The notes under the pieces are model-generated. The model did not search any database and was not told the DNA's origin. It saw nothing but the letters and a program-made list of their open reading frames with translations. From positions 372,001 through 436,000 of the forward strand of contig JAWMAR010000424.1 of the NCBI GenBank assembly GCA_036785375.1: a stretch of DNA of 64,000 nucleotides, in the 5' to 3' direction. Every line of letters starts with the position of its first letter. Within the stretch, counting starts at the first letter, position 1. Source of the stretch: Leucoraja ocellata (lineage: Eukaryota). Made by a program: the position numbers and the translations under genes. Shown one piece after another: positions 14,001 through 25,860 of the stretch.

Positions 14001-17000
14001 ATACTTACTAATCCAATTTACCACACCATCATCCAGATCATTGATGTACATGACAAACAACAGTGGACCCAACACAGATCCCTGTGGCACCCCACTAGTC
14101 ACTGGCCTCCAACCTGACAAACAACCATCCACCATTACTCTCTGGCATCTCCCATTCAGCCACTGTTGAATTCATCTTGCTACTCCATCATTAATACCCA
14201 ACAATTGAAACTTCTTAACCAACCTTCCATGAGGAACCTTGTCAAAGGCCTTACTGAAGTCCATATATACAACATCCACTGCTTTACCCTCATCAATTTC
14301 CCGAGTAACCTCTTCAAAAAATTCAAGAAGATTAGTCAAACCTGCTACATACCAAGGACGTACGGGCTTGTAGGTTAACTGGCCCCTGGTGTGCAGGGAG
14401 TGGATGCCAAAGTGGGATAACATAGAACTACTGTGGACGGGTGATCGATGGTCATCGTGGACTCAGTGGGCCAAAGGACTGCAGCTTTCAATCAATCAAT
14501 ATGTAGAAGGCCATTAAACCCATGAGTCTATGGCAGCTAGCACAGAGGAAAGCTATCAGTATGGAAGGATTCTGCCTCAGTATTCCCCCCTCCCTTATAA
14601 TCTATTAATCAATCCATACATCATCTCCCTCCCTGTATTCCTGCCACCCACCTACACTGAGGGCTAATTTGTAGTTGCCAATTAACCAGGCCACACAGTC
14701 ACAAGGAGAACATGCAAACTCCACACAGTCAGCACTTAAACATAGAGCATAAAACAGTACAGCATGGGAACAGACCCTTCAGCCAAAGTGTCCGTGACGA
14801 ATATTATGCCAAATTAAACTAATCTCCTCTGCCAGCACGTGATCCCTCCATTCCCTGCATATCCATGTGCCCTCCAAAAGCCTCTTAAACTGTCATATCT
14901 TGAAGTCAGGATCCAAGCCAGGATCTCCAGTGCACCATTATTTCACCACTATGGAGGGCAGTGGAGGCCAAGTCATTGGATGGATTTAAGAGAGAGTTAG
15001 ATAGAGCTCTAAGGGCTAGTGGAGTCAAGGGATATGGGGAGAAGGCACGCACGGGTTATTGATAGGGGACGATCAGCCATGATCACAATGAATTGCGGTG
15101 CTGGCTCGAAGGGCCGAATGGCCTCCTCCTGCATCTAGTTTCTATGTTTCTATGCAACCCTTAACCAAATATCGAACCTAGACTGCAGGGCCTGAACTAC
15201 AGGGAGAGGTTGGGCAGGCTGGAACAGGACGATGAGTGGTGATCTTACAAAGGTGTATTAGATCCTGAGGGGAATAGATAGGATGAATGCACAGTGTCTT
15301 TTACCCAGAGTAGGGGAATCACTTTATCTCCCACTCCCATTCCCACACTGACCTTTCTGTCCTGGGCCGCCTCCATTGTCAGAGTGAGGCCCAACGCATA
15401 TTGGAGAAACAGTACCTCATATTTCGCTTGGGCAGCTTACACCCCAGCGGTATGAACATTGACTTCTCTAACTTCAAGTAGCCCTTGCTTTCCCTCTCTC
15501 TCCATCCAACTCCCTTTCCAGTTCTCGGACCAGTCTTACATCTACGACTACATTTTATTCTCTGTTTGCTTTGTTGTTACCTTCTACCAGCGAACAATGA
15601 TCTATTCTACATTGTCCTTGATCTACATTCCCTTTGTCCTATTTTCACACCTTACACTTCCTTATCAATGTATCTCCCTCTCCCCTGACATTAGTCTGAA
15701 GAAGGGTCTTGCCCCGAAACGTCACCCATTCCATCTCTCCAGAGATGCTGCCTGTCTCGTTGCGTTACTCCTGCATTTTGTGTCTATCTTCGATAACCAG
15801 GGAACAGAGGTTTAAGTGAGAGGGGTAAGATTTAATAGGAATTTGAGAAGCAACTTTTTCACACAGAATGGTGGGTGTATGGAACAAACTGCCAGAGGAG
15901 GTAGTCGAAGCGGGTACTACAAAACAAAATTTAAAAGACATTTGTACAGTTACATGGATGGGAAAAGGTTTAGAGGAATATGGGCCAAACGCGGGCAGGT
16001 GGGACTAGTGTAGATGGGACATCTAGGTCGGTGTGCATGAGTCAGGCCGACGGGCCAGTTCCTTCCCGCCACCTTAAATTAATGCCGATTTAAACTGGAT
16101 ATGTTCTATATCCATCCATTTCCTGCTTGTTCCCCTCCAATGCCTCTTAAAGAAAACGGCATTGGTTTTAGTATTGGTTTAACGCGTACCGAGATACAGC
16201 ACAAAGCTCTGCTTTGCATGATATCCAGGAAGATCATACCACATAGGTGTGTACAATCATATGGTGGCGCAACGGTAGAGTTGCTGCCTTACAGCGCTTG
16301 CAGCACCGGAGACCCGGGTTCCATCGCGACTACTGTGACTGCGTGGGTTTCTGTGTGACTACATTCTCCCTGTGACTGCGTGGGTTTTCAGCAAGATTTT
16401 CGCTTCCCTCCCACACTCCAAGATGTGCAGGTTTATAGGTTCATTAGCTTGGTGTATGTGTAAAGAATTGTCCACAGTGTGTGTAGGATAGTGTTAATGT
16501 ACGGGATCGCTGGACGGTGCGGACTCTGTGGGCCGAAGGACATGTTTCCGCCCTGTATCTCTAAACTATACAAAACATACCAAACATGAGTGTAACAGGT
16601 AGTGCAAAAAGAGAAATAAAACTGAGTGCAGAGTATAGTGTAACAGAGAGGGAGAAGGTAAGAAAAACTGATCAGTAATACTTCACCTGATGCTGAAATA
16701 AATGAGACCACACTGCAAAGAGTCAGAATGTTCATCCTTGCTTCACCCCTTTACACCATTTTATATCCATGAACGGTTTGGTTATTGTAAGAAACACTGT
16801 TTTACTTCCTAGGCCAGATCAACCTTTGTACAATTCAATACTAAGTGAAAGTAACTGAATGATTTGCTAGATGAAGAATATAAAGAACATGTGATAAGGA
16901 AAGTAAAGCTATAACCATATAACAATTACAGCACGGAAACAGGCCATCTCGGCCCTTCTAGTCCGTGCCGAACACTTATTCTCACCTAGTCCCATCTACC

Positions 17001-19251
17001 TGCACTCAGACCATAACACTCCATTCATTTTCCATCCATATACCTATCCAATTTATTTTTAAATGATAAAATCGAACCTGCCTCCACCACTTCCACTGGA
17101 GGTTCATTCCACACAGCTACCACTCTCGGAGTAAAGAAGTTCCCCCTCATGTTACTCCTAAACTTCTGTCCCTTAATTCTCAAATCATTTCCTCTTGTTT
17201 GAATCTTCCCTACTCTCAATGGAAAAAGTTTACCCACGTCAACTCTCATAATTTTAAAGACTTCTGTCAAGTCCCCCCTTAACCTTCTGTACTCCAAAGA
17301 ATAAAGACCTAGCTTGTTCAACCTTTCTTTGTAACCCCAACGCATATTGGAGAAACAGCACCTCATATTTAGCTTGGGCAGCTTACACCCCAGCGGTATG
17401 AACATTGACTTCTCTAACTTCAAGTAGCCCTTGCTTTCCCTCTCTCTCCATCCAACTCCCTTCCCAGTTCTCGGACCAGTCTTACATCTACGACTACATT
17501 TTATTCTCTGTTTGCTTTGTTGTTACCTTCTACCAGCGAACAATGATCTATTCTACATTGTCCTTGATCTACATTCCCTTTGTCCTATTTTCACACCTTA
17601 CACTTCCTTATCAATGTATCTCCCTCTCCCCTGACATTAGTCTGAAGAAGGGTCTTGCCCTGAAACGTCACCCATTCCATCTCTCCAGAGATGCTGCCTG
17701 TCTCGTTGCGTTACTCCTGCATTTTGTGTCTATCTTCAATAACCAGGGAACAGAGGTTTAAGTGAGAGGGGTAAGATTTAATAGAAATTTGAGAAGCAAC
17801 TTTTTCACACAGAATGGTGGGTGTATGGAACAAACTGCCAGAGGAGGTAGAAGAAGCGGGTACTACAAAACAAAATTTAAAAGTCATTTGTACAGTTACA
17901 TGGATGGGAAAAGGTTTAGAGGAATATGGGCCAAACGCGGGCAGGTGGGACTAGTGTAGATGGGACATCTAGGTCGGTGTGTATGAGTCAGGCCGACGGG
18001 CCTGTTTTTGTGCTGTATGGAAGTGTAACTATGATAGACAATGCAGGAACAGGCCCTTTGGCCCACAATGTCTGTGCCAATCTTGATAGAGTCATAGAGT
18101 GATACAGTGTGGAAACAGGCCCTTCAGCCCAACTTGCCCACATCGGCAAACATGTCCCAGCAACACTAGTCCCACCTGCCTGCGTTTAGCCCATTTCCCT
18201 CTAAACCTGTCCTATCCACGTACCTGTCTAAATGTTTCATAAATGTCACAATAGTACCTGCTTCAACTACCTCCTCCGGCAGCTTGTTCCATACACCCAC
18301 CACCCTTTGTATGAAAAAGTTACCGCTCAGGTTCCTATTAAATCTTTCCTTCCTCACCTTAAAACCAAATCCTCTGGTTCTCGGTTCCTCTCCTCCGGGC
18401 AAGTGACTCTGTGTATTTACCTGATCCATTCCTCTCGTGATTTTATACACCTCTATAAGATCACCCCTTCCCGCTATGTTAAATTGATTCCATTCCTTCT
18501 CTCCAGAGATGCTGTCTGACCCGCTGAGTTACTCCAGCATTTTGCGTGTCTTCGGTGTTAACCAGCATCTGCAGTTCCTTCCCGCCACCTTAAATTAATG
18601 CCGATTTAAACTGGATATGTTCTATATCCATCCATTTCCTGCTTGTTTCCCTCCAATGCCTCTTAAAGAAAACGGCATTGGTTTTAGTATTGGTTTAACG
18701 CGTACCGAGATACAGAACAAAGCTCTGCTTTGCATGACATCCAGGAAGATCATACCACATAGGTGTGTACAATCATATGGTGGCGCAACGGTAGAGTTGC
18801 TGCCTTACAGCGCTTGCAGCACCGGAGACCCGGGTTCCATCGCGACTACTGTGACTGCGTGGGTTTCTGTGTGACTACGTTCTCCCTGTGACTGCGTGGG
18901 TTTTCAGCGAGATTTTCGCTTCCCTCCCACACTCCAAGATGTGTAGGTTTATAGGTTCATTAGCTTGGTGTATTTGTAAAGAATTGTCCACAGTGTGTGT
19001 AGGATAGTGTTAATGTACGGGATCGCTGGACGGTGTGGACTCTGTGGGCCGAAGGACATGTTTCCGCCCTGTATCTCTAAACTATACAAAACATACCAAA
19101 CATGAGTGTAACAGGTAGTGCAAAAAGAGAAATAAAACTGAGTGCAGAGTATAGTGTAACAGAGAGGGAGAAGGTAAGAAAAACTGATCAGTAATACTTC
19201 ACCTGATGCTGAAATAAATGAGACCACACTGCAAAGAGTCAGAATGTTCAT
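4766..19251 (-). CDS. B7-family / NCR3LG1 (B7-H6)-like Ig superfamily gene, 5' part (leader exon + IgV exon); presumably continues left of the window
   Basis: Leader exon MNILTLCSVVSFISAS+G ends at CAG|gtgaag (phase 1). It joins the IgV exon that starts tttttag|AT, giving ...SASDTIELEIFASPLMVFVNDNVTLKC... The family call is from motif resemblance, not a database search. Confidence 0.7.
5190..5545. repeat. Degenerate GGGAACA(T/C)GGAC minisatellite
   Basis: Repeated ccgggaacatgg/gggaacac units related to the 10651-11200 array. Confidence 0.8.
5546..7388 (+). mobile_element. CR1 LINE (5'-truncated, young; RT with one in-frame stop at 6951-6953)
   Basis: [26 protein letters not shown]; (TTTCTATG)n tail. 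Confidence 0.95.
7944..10153 (+). mobile_element. Gypsy LTR retrotransposon, 3' part (RNase H-integrase remnants, PPT, 3' LTR about 9928-10153)
   Basis: VGAVLEQ, PLAFFSRQL, NVVADALSR, HHCC-like region, TTDRGAQF, TTAYHPESNG, YEGPY. A purine tract precedes TGTAGCGG; AATAAA lies in the LTR. Confidence 0.88.
10651..11200. repeat. 21-bp minisatellite (GGGAACATGGACTGGGATCAC)n, about 26 copies
   Basis: Directly visible tandem array. Confidence 0.95.
11202..12060 (+). mobile_element. Non-autonomous MITE of the 7-bp-TSD DNA transposon
   Basis: Ends TAGGTATGTTACAAAA ... TTTTGTAACATTGCTA, flanked by GAACAAG on both sides; colinear with both ends of 27687-32536. Confidence 0.92.
13077..14340 (-). mobile_element. 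CR1 LINE 3' half (subfamily B, ATATGGTT tail)
   Basis: [15 protein letters not shown]; (CCATATAA)n on the plus strand. Confidence 0.92.
16263..16565 (+). mobile_element. tRNA-derived SINE (further copies about 18779-19080, 33895-34182 minus, 50371-50560, 56657-57035, 59008-59305 minus, 61600-61775)
   Basis: A-box-like GGTGGCGCAACGGTAGAG and B-box-like CCGGGTTC, followed by a shared body. Confidence 0.8.
16687..16735 (-). CDS. Signal-peptide exon, copy 1 (exon including 5'UTR about 16687-16866)
   Basis: ATG plus 16 hydrophobic codons plus 1 nt, then a gtgaag donor. A polypyrimidine tract and ctag acceptor lie upstream at about 16867. Confidence 0.65.
19203..19251 (-). CDS. Signal-peptide exon, copy 2 (same coding sequence as copy 1)
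   Basis: Same 49-nt coding segment and splice sites, located in the second copy of a tandem duplication. Confidence 0.65.
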
Positions 19252-19427
19252 CCTTGCTTCACCCCTTTACACCATTTTATATCCATGAACGGTTTGGTTA
19301 TTGTAGAAACACTGTTTTACTTCCTAGGCCAGATCAACCTTTGTACAATTCAATACTAAGTGAAAGTAACTGAATGATTTGCTAGATGAAGAATATAAAG
19401 AACATGTGATAAGGAAAGTAAAGCTAT

Positions 19428-20367
19428 AACCATATAACAATTACAGCACGGAAACAGGCCATCTCGGCCCTTCTAGTCCGTGCCGAACACTTATTCTCAC
19501 CTAGTCCCATTTACCTGCACTCAAACCATAACCCTCCAATCCTTTTCCGTCCATATACCTATCCAATTTATTTTTAAATGATAAAATCGAACCTGCCTCC
19601 ACCACTTCCACTGGAAGTTCATTCCACACAGCTACCACTCTCTGAGTAAAGAAGTTCCCCCTCATGTTACCCCTAAACTTCTGTCCCTTAATTCTCATGT
19701 CATGTCCTCTTGTTTGAATCTTCCCCACCCTCAATGGAAAAAGTTTATCCACGTCAACTCTGTCTATCCCTCTCATCATTTTAAAGACTTCTATCAAGTC
19801 CCCCCTTAACCTTCTGTGCTCCAAAGAATAAAGACCTAACTTGTTCAACCTCTCTGTAACTTAGGTGCTGAAACCCAGGCAATATTCTAGTAAATCTCCT
19901 CTCTACTCTCTCTATTTTGTTGACATCTTTCCTATAATTTGGTGACCAAAATTGTACACCATACTCCAGAATTGGCCTCACCAATGCCTTGTACAATTTT
20001 AACATTACATTCCAACTTCTATACTCAATACTCTGATTTATAAAGGCCAGCACACCAAAAGATTTATTTACCACCCTATCTACATGAGATTCCACCTTCA
20101 GGGAACTATGCAGTTATTCCTAGATCCCTCTGTTCAACTGCATTCCTCAATTCGCTACCATTTCCCATGTACGTTCTATTTTGAGTTGTCCTGCTAAGAT
20201 GTAGCACCTCACACTTATCAGCATTAAACTCCATCTTTCAGCCCACTCTTCCAAATAGCCTAAATCTCTCTGTAGACTTTAAAATCTACTTCATTATCCA
20301 CAACACATATATATATATCCATATCTTAGTATCATCTGCATACTTACTAATCCGATTTACCATATCA
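19428..20367 (-). mobile_element. CR1 subfamily B 3' fragment
   Basis: RT C-terminal ORFs and ATATGGTT tail. Confidence 0.88.
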
Positions 20368-20993
20368 TCATAGAAACATAGAAAATAGGTGCAGGAGTAG
20401 GCCATTCGGCCCTTCGAGCCTGCACCGCCATTCAATATGATCATGGCTGATCATCCATCCTGTACCTGCCTTCTCTCCATACCCCCTGATCCCTTTAGCC
20501 ACAAGGGCCAAATCTAACTCCCTCTTAAATATAGCCAATGAACTGGCCTCAACTACATTCTGTGGCAGAGAATTCCAAAGATACACCACTCTGTTTGAAA
20601 AATGTTTTTCTCATCTCGGTCCTAAAAGATTTCCCCTTTATCCTTAAACTGTGATCCCTTGTTCTGGACTTCCCCAACATCGGGAACAATCTTCCTGCAT
20701 CTAGCCTGTCCAGCCCCTTAAGAATTTTGTAAGTTTCTATAAGATCCCCCCTCAATCTTCTAAATTCTAACGAGTACATGCCGAGTCTATCCAGTCTTTC
20801 TTCATATGAAAGTCCTGACATCCTAGGAATCAGTCTGGTGAACCTTCTCTGTACTCCCTCTATGGCAAGAATGTCCTTCCTCAGATTAGGAGACCAAAAC
20901 TGTACGCAATACTCCAGTTGTGGTCTCACCAAGACCCTGTACAACTGCAGTAGAACCTCCCTATCCTTCAAATCCTTTTGCTATGAATGCTAA
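20368..20993 (-). mobile_element. CR1 subfamily A 3' fragment, split by DIRS; continues at 33221-33497
   Basis: ...gctatgaatgctaa | catgccattcgc... rejoins to the CR1 sequence seen intact near 48494-48520. Confidence 0.88.
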
Positions 20994-22456
20994 TAGTTAG
21001 ATTAAACGAGAACTTACCAGTTTGAAGTTTGATCTATATTTTATGAGGAGTTACGATGAGCAATTACGTGAAGAACCCCGCCAGTCCGCATGCGCGTCAA
21101 TCTTCAAAGCAGCGGTGTGAAATCACAGGTAACAGTAATTGAAGTAACATAGGAAGATTAGAAACTTAGAAACTACCGGATGACCTTTGTGATATGAGGG
21201 TTTGGAGCGGTGGGCATGTAATCGCTCATGTAACTCCTCATAAAATGAAGATCAAACTTCAAACTGGTAAGTTCTCGTTTAATCTTACTATTTTACTTCG
21301 GACTCATGTGAGTGATTCCGTGAAGACTTCAAAGCTCTGTGATTTCATGGCGTGTATACGAGTACATGTGACACACTGCCTTGGTTTGCACAGGATGAGT
21401 AATAACAATTAAAGCATTCCAACATAATACAGACTTAACCAGGTTGATGCTTTATTTAACAAAAAAAGGAAAATAATAGCAACCCCTCTGTCCCAGGGGA
21501 AAGCTATAAAACAGATTTTAGAATCGAGTGCCCAAATACCCCGGTGTGGCAAGAGGTTTGTGATAGAACCTCTCAAACGTCAATTCATTGGACCATCCTG
21601 CGGCCGCGAGGATTTGGTCGAGAGGGACGTCCTGTGCCCCCGCTGCTGACGTTCAAGCCGCCCTGGTGGAGTGAGATTTAAACACATCAGTGTCCACTCC
21701 AGCACAAACCGGAACCTGTTTTAGCCACCTTGAGATGGTCAGTATTGACACCTTGTTTTGAGGCTTTTTATAACTGACGAATATTGCCAATTCAGAGCCT
21801 CTGAGGTTCTTGGTGACCTTGATGTACTGCTGTAAGTGCGTGACTACACTGAGGCGAAGGTCTATGGGGTATGCCATAAAATTAAGTTTAAGCCCTGACG
21901 TCCTTGGCCTGTTCTGCTTAAGTAAATCATAAACATAAAAGGTTACGTTGTTTACAGATTAAACCATCCTGTCCAGTCGAAGCTTCTGGCTTATGACAAA
22001 ACCAGTGCCATGAGCATAACCACTTTGAGAGTTAGTCTGGCCAACGACAGAGATGTTGCTGGAGCCCGAGGTAGGATGACAAGGCACTATTGATGGCACT
22101 GAAGCTTAGTCCCTCATCAAAATATAATGTGGAAAGAAATTCCAACACATCAGGTACCCTTGCCGTGTGATACGAAACATTGGACTGCAAGCAGAACTTC
22201 TCCAATTTCTTGATATGAGAAATATATTGTTTTTTAGTACTATCCCTCCAGGCCGCAGTAATCACATCCACCGTACGCCCTGATAGTCCAAGCCACAGGC
22301 ACGGTCTCATCAGAATCTGCAAACCAACAGATTAATACGCTCATGTAGTGGATGATTTTCCCCAGTTATAGGATGAAACAGCAGGCTTCTGCTTTTGGGA
22401 TAGCCATAAAAGGCTGTGGTTTTAATCTTAGAATTAGTGAGAACCATGGTTTTTGT

Positions 22457-25307
22457 AATAATAATAATAATAAATTTTATTTATGGGCGCCTTTCAAGAG
22501 TCTCAAGGACACCTTCCAAAAATTTAGCAGGTAGAGGAAAAACATGTAAGGGGAATGAAATAAATAGTAGAGACATGACTAGTACACAAAGTAAAGACAG
22601 AATTCAATTCAAACACAATATGAGGCAATTAATGCACAGATGAAAAGGGAGGGGGACGTGGGGCTAAGGATAGGCAGAGGTGAAGATATGGGTCTTGAGG
22701 CGGGACTGGAAGATGGTGAGGGACACGGAATTGCGGATCAGTTGGGGGAGGGAGTTCCAGAGCCTGGGAGCTGCCCTGTAGAAGGCTCTGTCCCCAAAAC
22801 TGCGGAGGTTGGACGTGGATGGAGTGGAGACCGGCTGATGTGGATCTGAGGGACCGTGAGGGTTGGTAGGGGGAGAGGAGGTCAGTGAGATATGGGGGGG
22901 GGGGGGGGGGGCAGATGTTGGAGGGCTTTGTAGGTGAGGATCAGGATTTTGTAGGTGATCTGGTGGGAGATGGGAATCCAGTGAAGTTGTTTGAGGACTG
23001 GAGTGATGTGATGCCAGGATTTGGTGTGGGTGATGAGTCGGGCGGCTGCGTTCTGGACCAGTTGGAGTCGGTTGATGTAGGTGGAGCTGATGCCAAGGAG
23101 AAGTGAGTTGCAATAGTCCAGTTGGGAGGAGATGAAGGCATGGATGAGTCTTTGAGCAGCGGGAGGTGTGAGAGAGGGTCTGAGTTTGGCGATGTTGCGG
23201 AGATGAAAGAAGGAGGTTTTAATGATATGGCGGATGTGAGGCTCAAGGGAGAGGGTGGAATCAAAGATCACGCCAAGGTTGCGGGCCTGGGGAGATGGGG
23301 AGACAGTGGTGCCGTCGATGGTGAGAGTGGGGTTATTGATTTTGCTGAATGTGGCTTTGGAACCTATGAGGAGGAATTCTGTCTTATCGCTGTTGAGGAA
23401 GTTATGTTGCATCCAGGTTTTTATAGCTGACAAGAGGGGGGGGTTGTGTGGGGATTTGGTGCCGAGGTAGCTCTGGGTGTCATCGGCGTAACAGTGGAAG
23501 TCCAGGTTGAAGTGGCGGAGTATCTGACCAAGGGGGAGGAAGTAGATGATGAAGAGGAGGGGGCCGAGTACGGAGCCTTGGGGAGCGCCTTGAGTGACTG
23601 TGGCTGTAGCAGATGTGTGGTTATAGAGAGAGATGAAGTGGGATCTGTTGGAAAGGTGGGAACGGAGCCAGCTGAGTGCAGAGCCTTCAATGCCGAGGTC
23701 TTTGAGTCTGGTGAGCAGGATGTTATGGTTCACTGTATCGAAGGCTGCGCTCAGGTCGAGGAGGATGAGGATGTTGAGGGAACCAGTGTCAGCAGAGGTG
23801 AGGAGGTTGTTGATGACTTTGAGGAGAGCAGTTTCTGTGCTATGGAGGGGGCGAAAGCCAGATTGGAGGGGTTCAAGTAGGTTATACGCAAGGAGGTGGG
23901 AATGAAGTTGTGACACAACGATACGCTCCAGGGTTTTTGAAAGAAAGGGGAGGTTTGAGATTGGGCGGTAGTTAATGAGAGAGGAGGGATCAAGACTAGG
24001 TTTCTTTAAGATTGGTGTGACAGCAGCAGTTTTGAAAGCGGAGGGGACAATTCCTTGGGACAATGAGGAGTTGAAGAGATTAGTGAGGTTGGGGTAGAGA
24101 ACGGGGAGGCAGGACTTCAGCAGGGGAGTGGGGAGAGGGTCGAGGGAGCAGGTAGTTGGTTTGGAAGAGCTGACGAGTTTGGAGATTTCAGTAGGGGTGA
24201 CCAGGTCAAACTGGGAGAGGAAGCAGTGTGGAGGAGGGGTAAGGAGGTCAGTGGAGATGTTGCAAGGAGGGGCCTTGGTAGGTGGTGGAGTAGATGCTGG
24301 TGAGTCGGGTACAGGGGATAAAGATTGATAGATGGTGCTGATTTTATCAGCGAAAAAGTGGAGGAATGAGTTGAAGAGATCCGGAGTAGAGTTAGGGAGA
24401 GTGTGGCTCGAGGCTTGAGGAGGTTGCCCACTGTGGAGAAGAGGGTTCTGTGGTTTAGGCAGGGATCGGTGAATATGGAGGAGAGGTAGGCAGATTTTGC
24501 AGCAATGAGGGCATCTTTGTAGTCAGTGAGGTGGAGTTTGTAAGCTTCAAGGTGGACTGTAAGAGATGATTTCTTTGTGAGTCGTTCAAGTCAGCGACCA
24601 GTCTTTCAGTATACGAAGTGCAGTTGTGTACCAGGGTGAAGATGTGTTGAAAGTTACGGTTCTTGTTTTGAGGGGGGCCATAGTGTTAAGGGAGGTAGAC
24701 AAGGTGGAGTTGAGATGGTTTGTGAGATCATCAGGTGAGATATGGGTTGAGTCCAGGGGAGAGTGGTGGAGAGCAGGTCAGAGAGATGGTGGGGATCAAT
24801 GGATTTTAGATTACGGAAGGTGATTTCTCGGAGGAAGCGGGGGCGAGGTGTCGGAGAAGGGATGGTGAACCGTATAAGCTTATGATCAGAGAGGGGGAAG
24901 AGTCATGGATGGAGGTCAAGTACCGGTTGATTTGTGGAGCAGACCAGGTCAAGGATGTGACCTTTGTCATGGGTGGGAAAGGTGACGTGCTGAGTGAGAG
25001 AGAAGTTGTCAAGTAAAAAGGCGAATTCAGATGCGAGCTTGCAGGTGGGGGAGTCCATGTGAATATTTAAGTCACCAAGTAGCAGCAGACGTGGGGAGAG
25101 GGATGAGGCAAGTGTGAGGAGTTCAGTGAAGTCAGATAGGAAGGAGGGGTTTGGTTTAGGTGGCCGTTAAATGAGGATGACTGTCATGGAGGAAAGGGCT
25201 TTAAAGCGAGGAATTCAAATGATGCTACTGGGGGGAGGGTGAGTTCAGTGATCCGAAAATTCTGGTTGAAAATAACAGCGAGGCCACCTCCATGGCGGGA
25301 GGGGCGG
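22457..25307 (-). mobile_element. L2-clade LINE nested in DIRS
   Basis: 393-aa RT ORF ([25 protein letters not shown]), endonuclease remnants, (AAT)n tail. Confidence 0.88.
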
Positions 25308-25860
25308 GGTCTGGAGTATGGTGTACAATTTTGGTCGCCTAATTATAGGAAGGATGTCAACAAAATAGAGAGAGTACAGAGGAGATTTACTAGAATGTTG
25401 CCTGGGTTTCAGCAACTAAGTTACAGAGAAAGGTTGAACAAGTTAGGGCTTTATTCTTTGGAGCGCAGAAGGTTAAGGGGGGACTTGATAGAGGTTTTTA
25501 AAATGATGAGAGGGATAGACAGAGTTGACGTGGAAAAGCTTTTCCCACTGAGAGTAGGGAAGATTCAAACAAGGGGACATGACTTAAGAATTAAGGGACT
25601 GAAGTTTAGGGGTAACATGAGGGGGAACTTCTTTACTCAGAGAGTGGTAGCTGTGTGGAATGAGCTTCCAGCGAAGGTGGTGGAGGCAATTCCGTGCTGT
25701 AATTGTTATATGGTTATATGGTTATATGGACGGGAAAGGAATGGAGGGTTGTGGTCTGAGCGCAGGTATATGGGACTAGGGGAGAATACGTGTTCGGCAC
25801 GGACTAGAAGGGTCGAGATGGCCTGTTTCCGTGCTGTAATTGTTATATGGTTATATGGTT
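25308..25860 (+). mobile_element. CR1 subfamily B 3' fragment
   Basis: [12 protein letters not shown]... and ATATGGTT tail. Confidence 0.88.

Larger units (their letters stand above)
15391..19860. repeat. Tandem duplication (about 15391-17336 and 17337-19860) carrying the leader exon
   Basis: Paired ORFs offset by 1946 and then 2516 nt, so copy 1 lacks 570 bp; scattered substitutions between copies. Confidence 0.9.

Noticed and set aside
16263-16335. tRNA genes
   Set aside because: These are tRNA-like SINE heads followed by a shared SINE body, with no complete cloverleaf.
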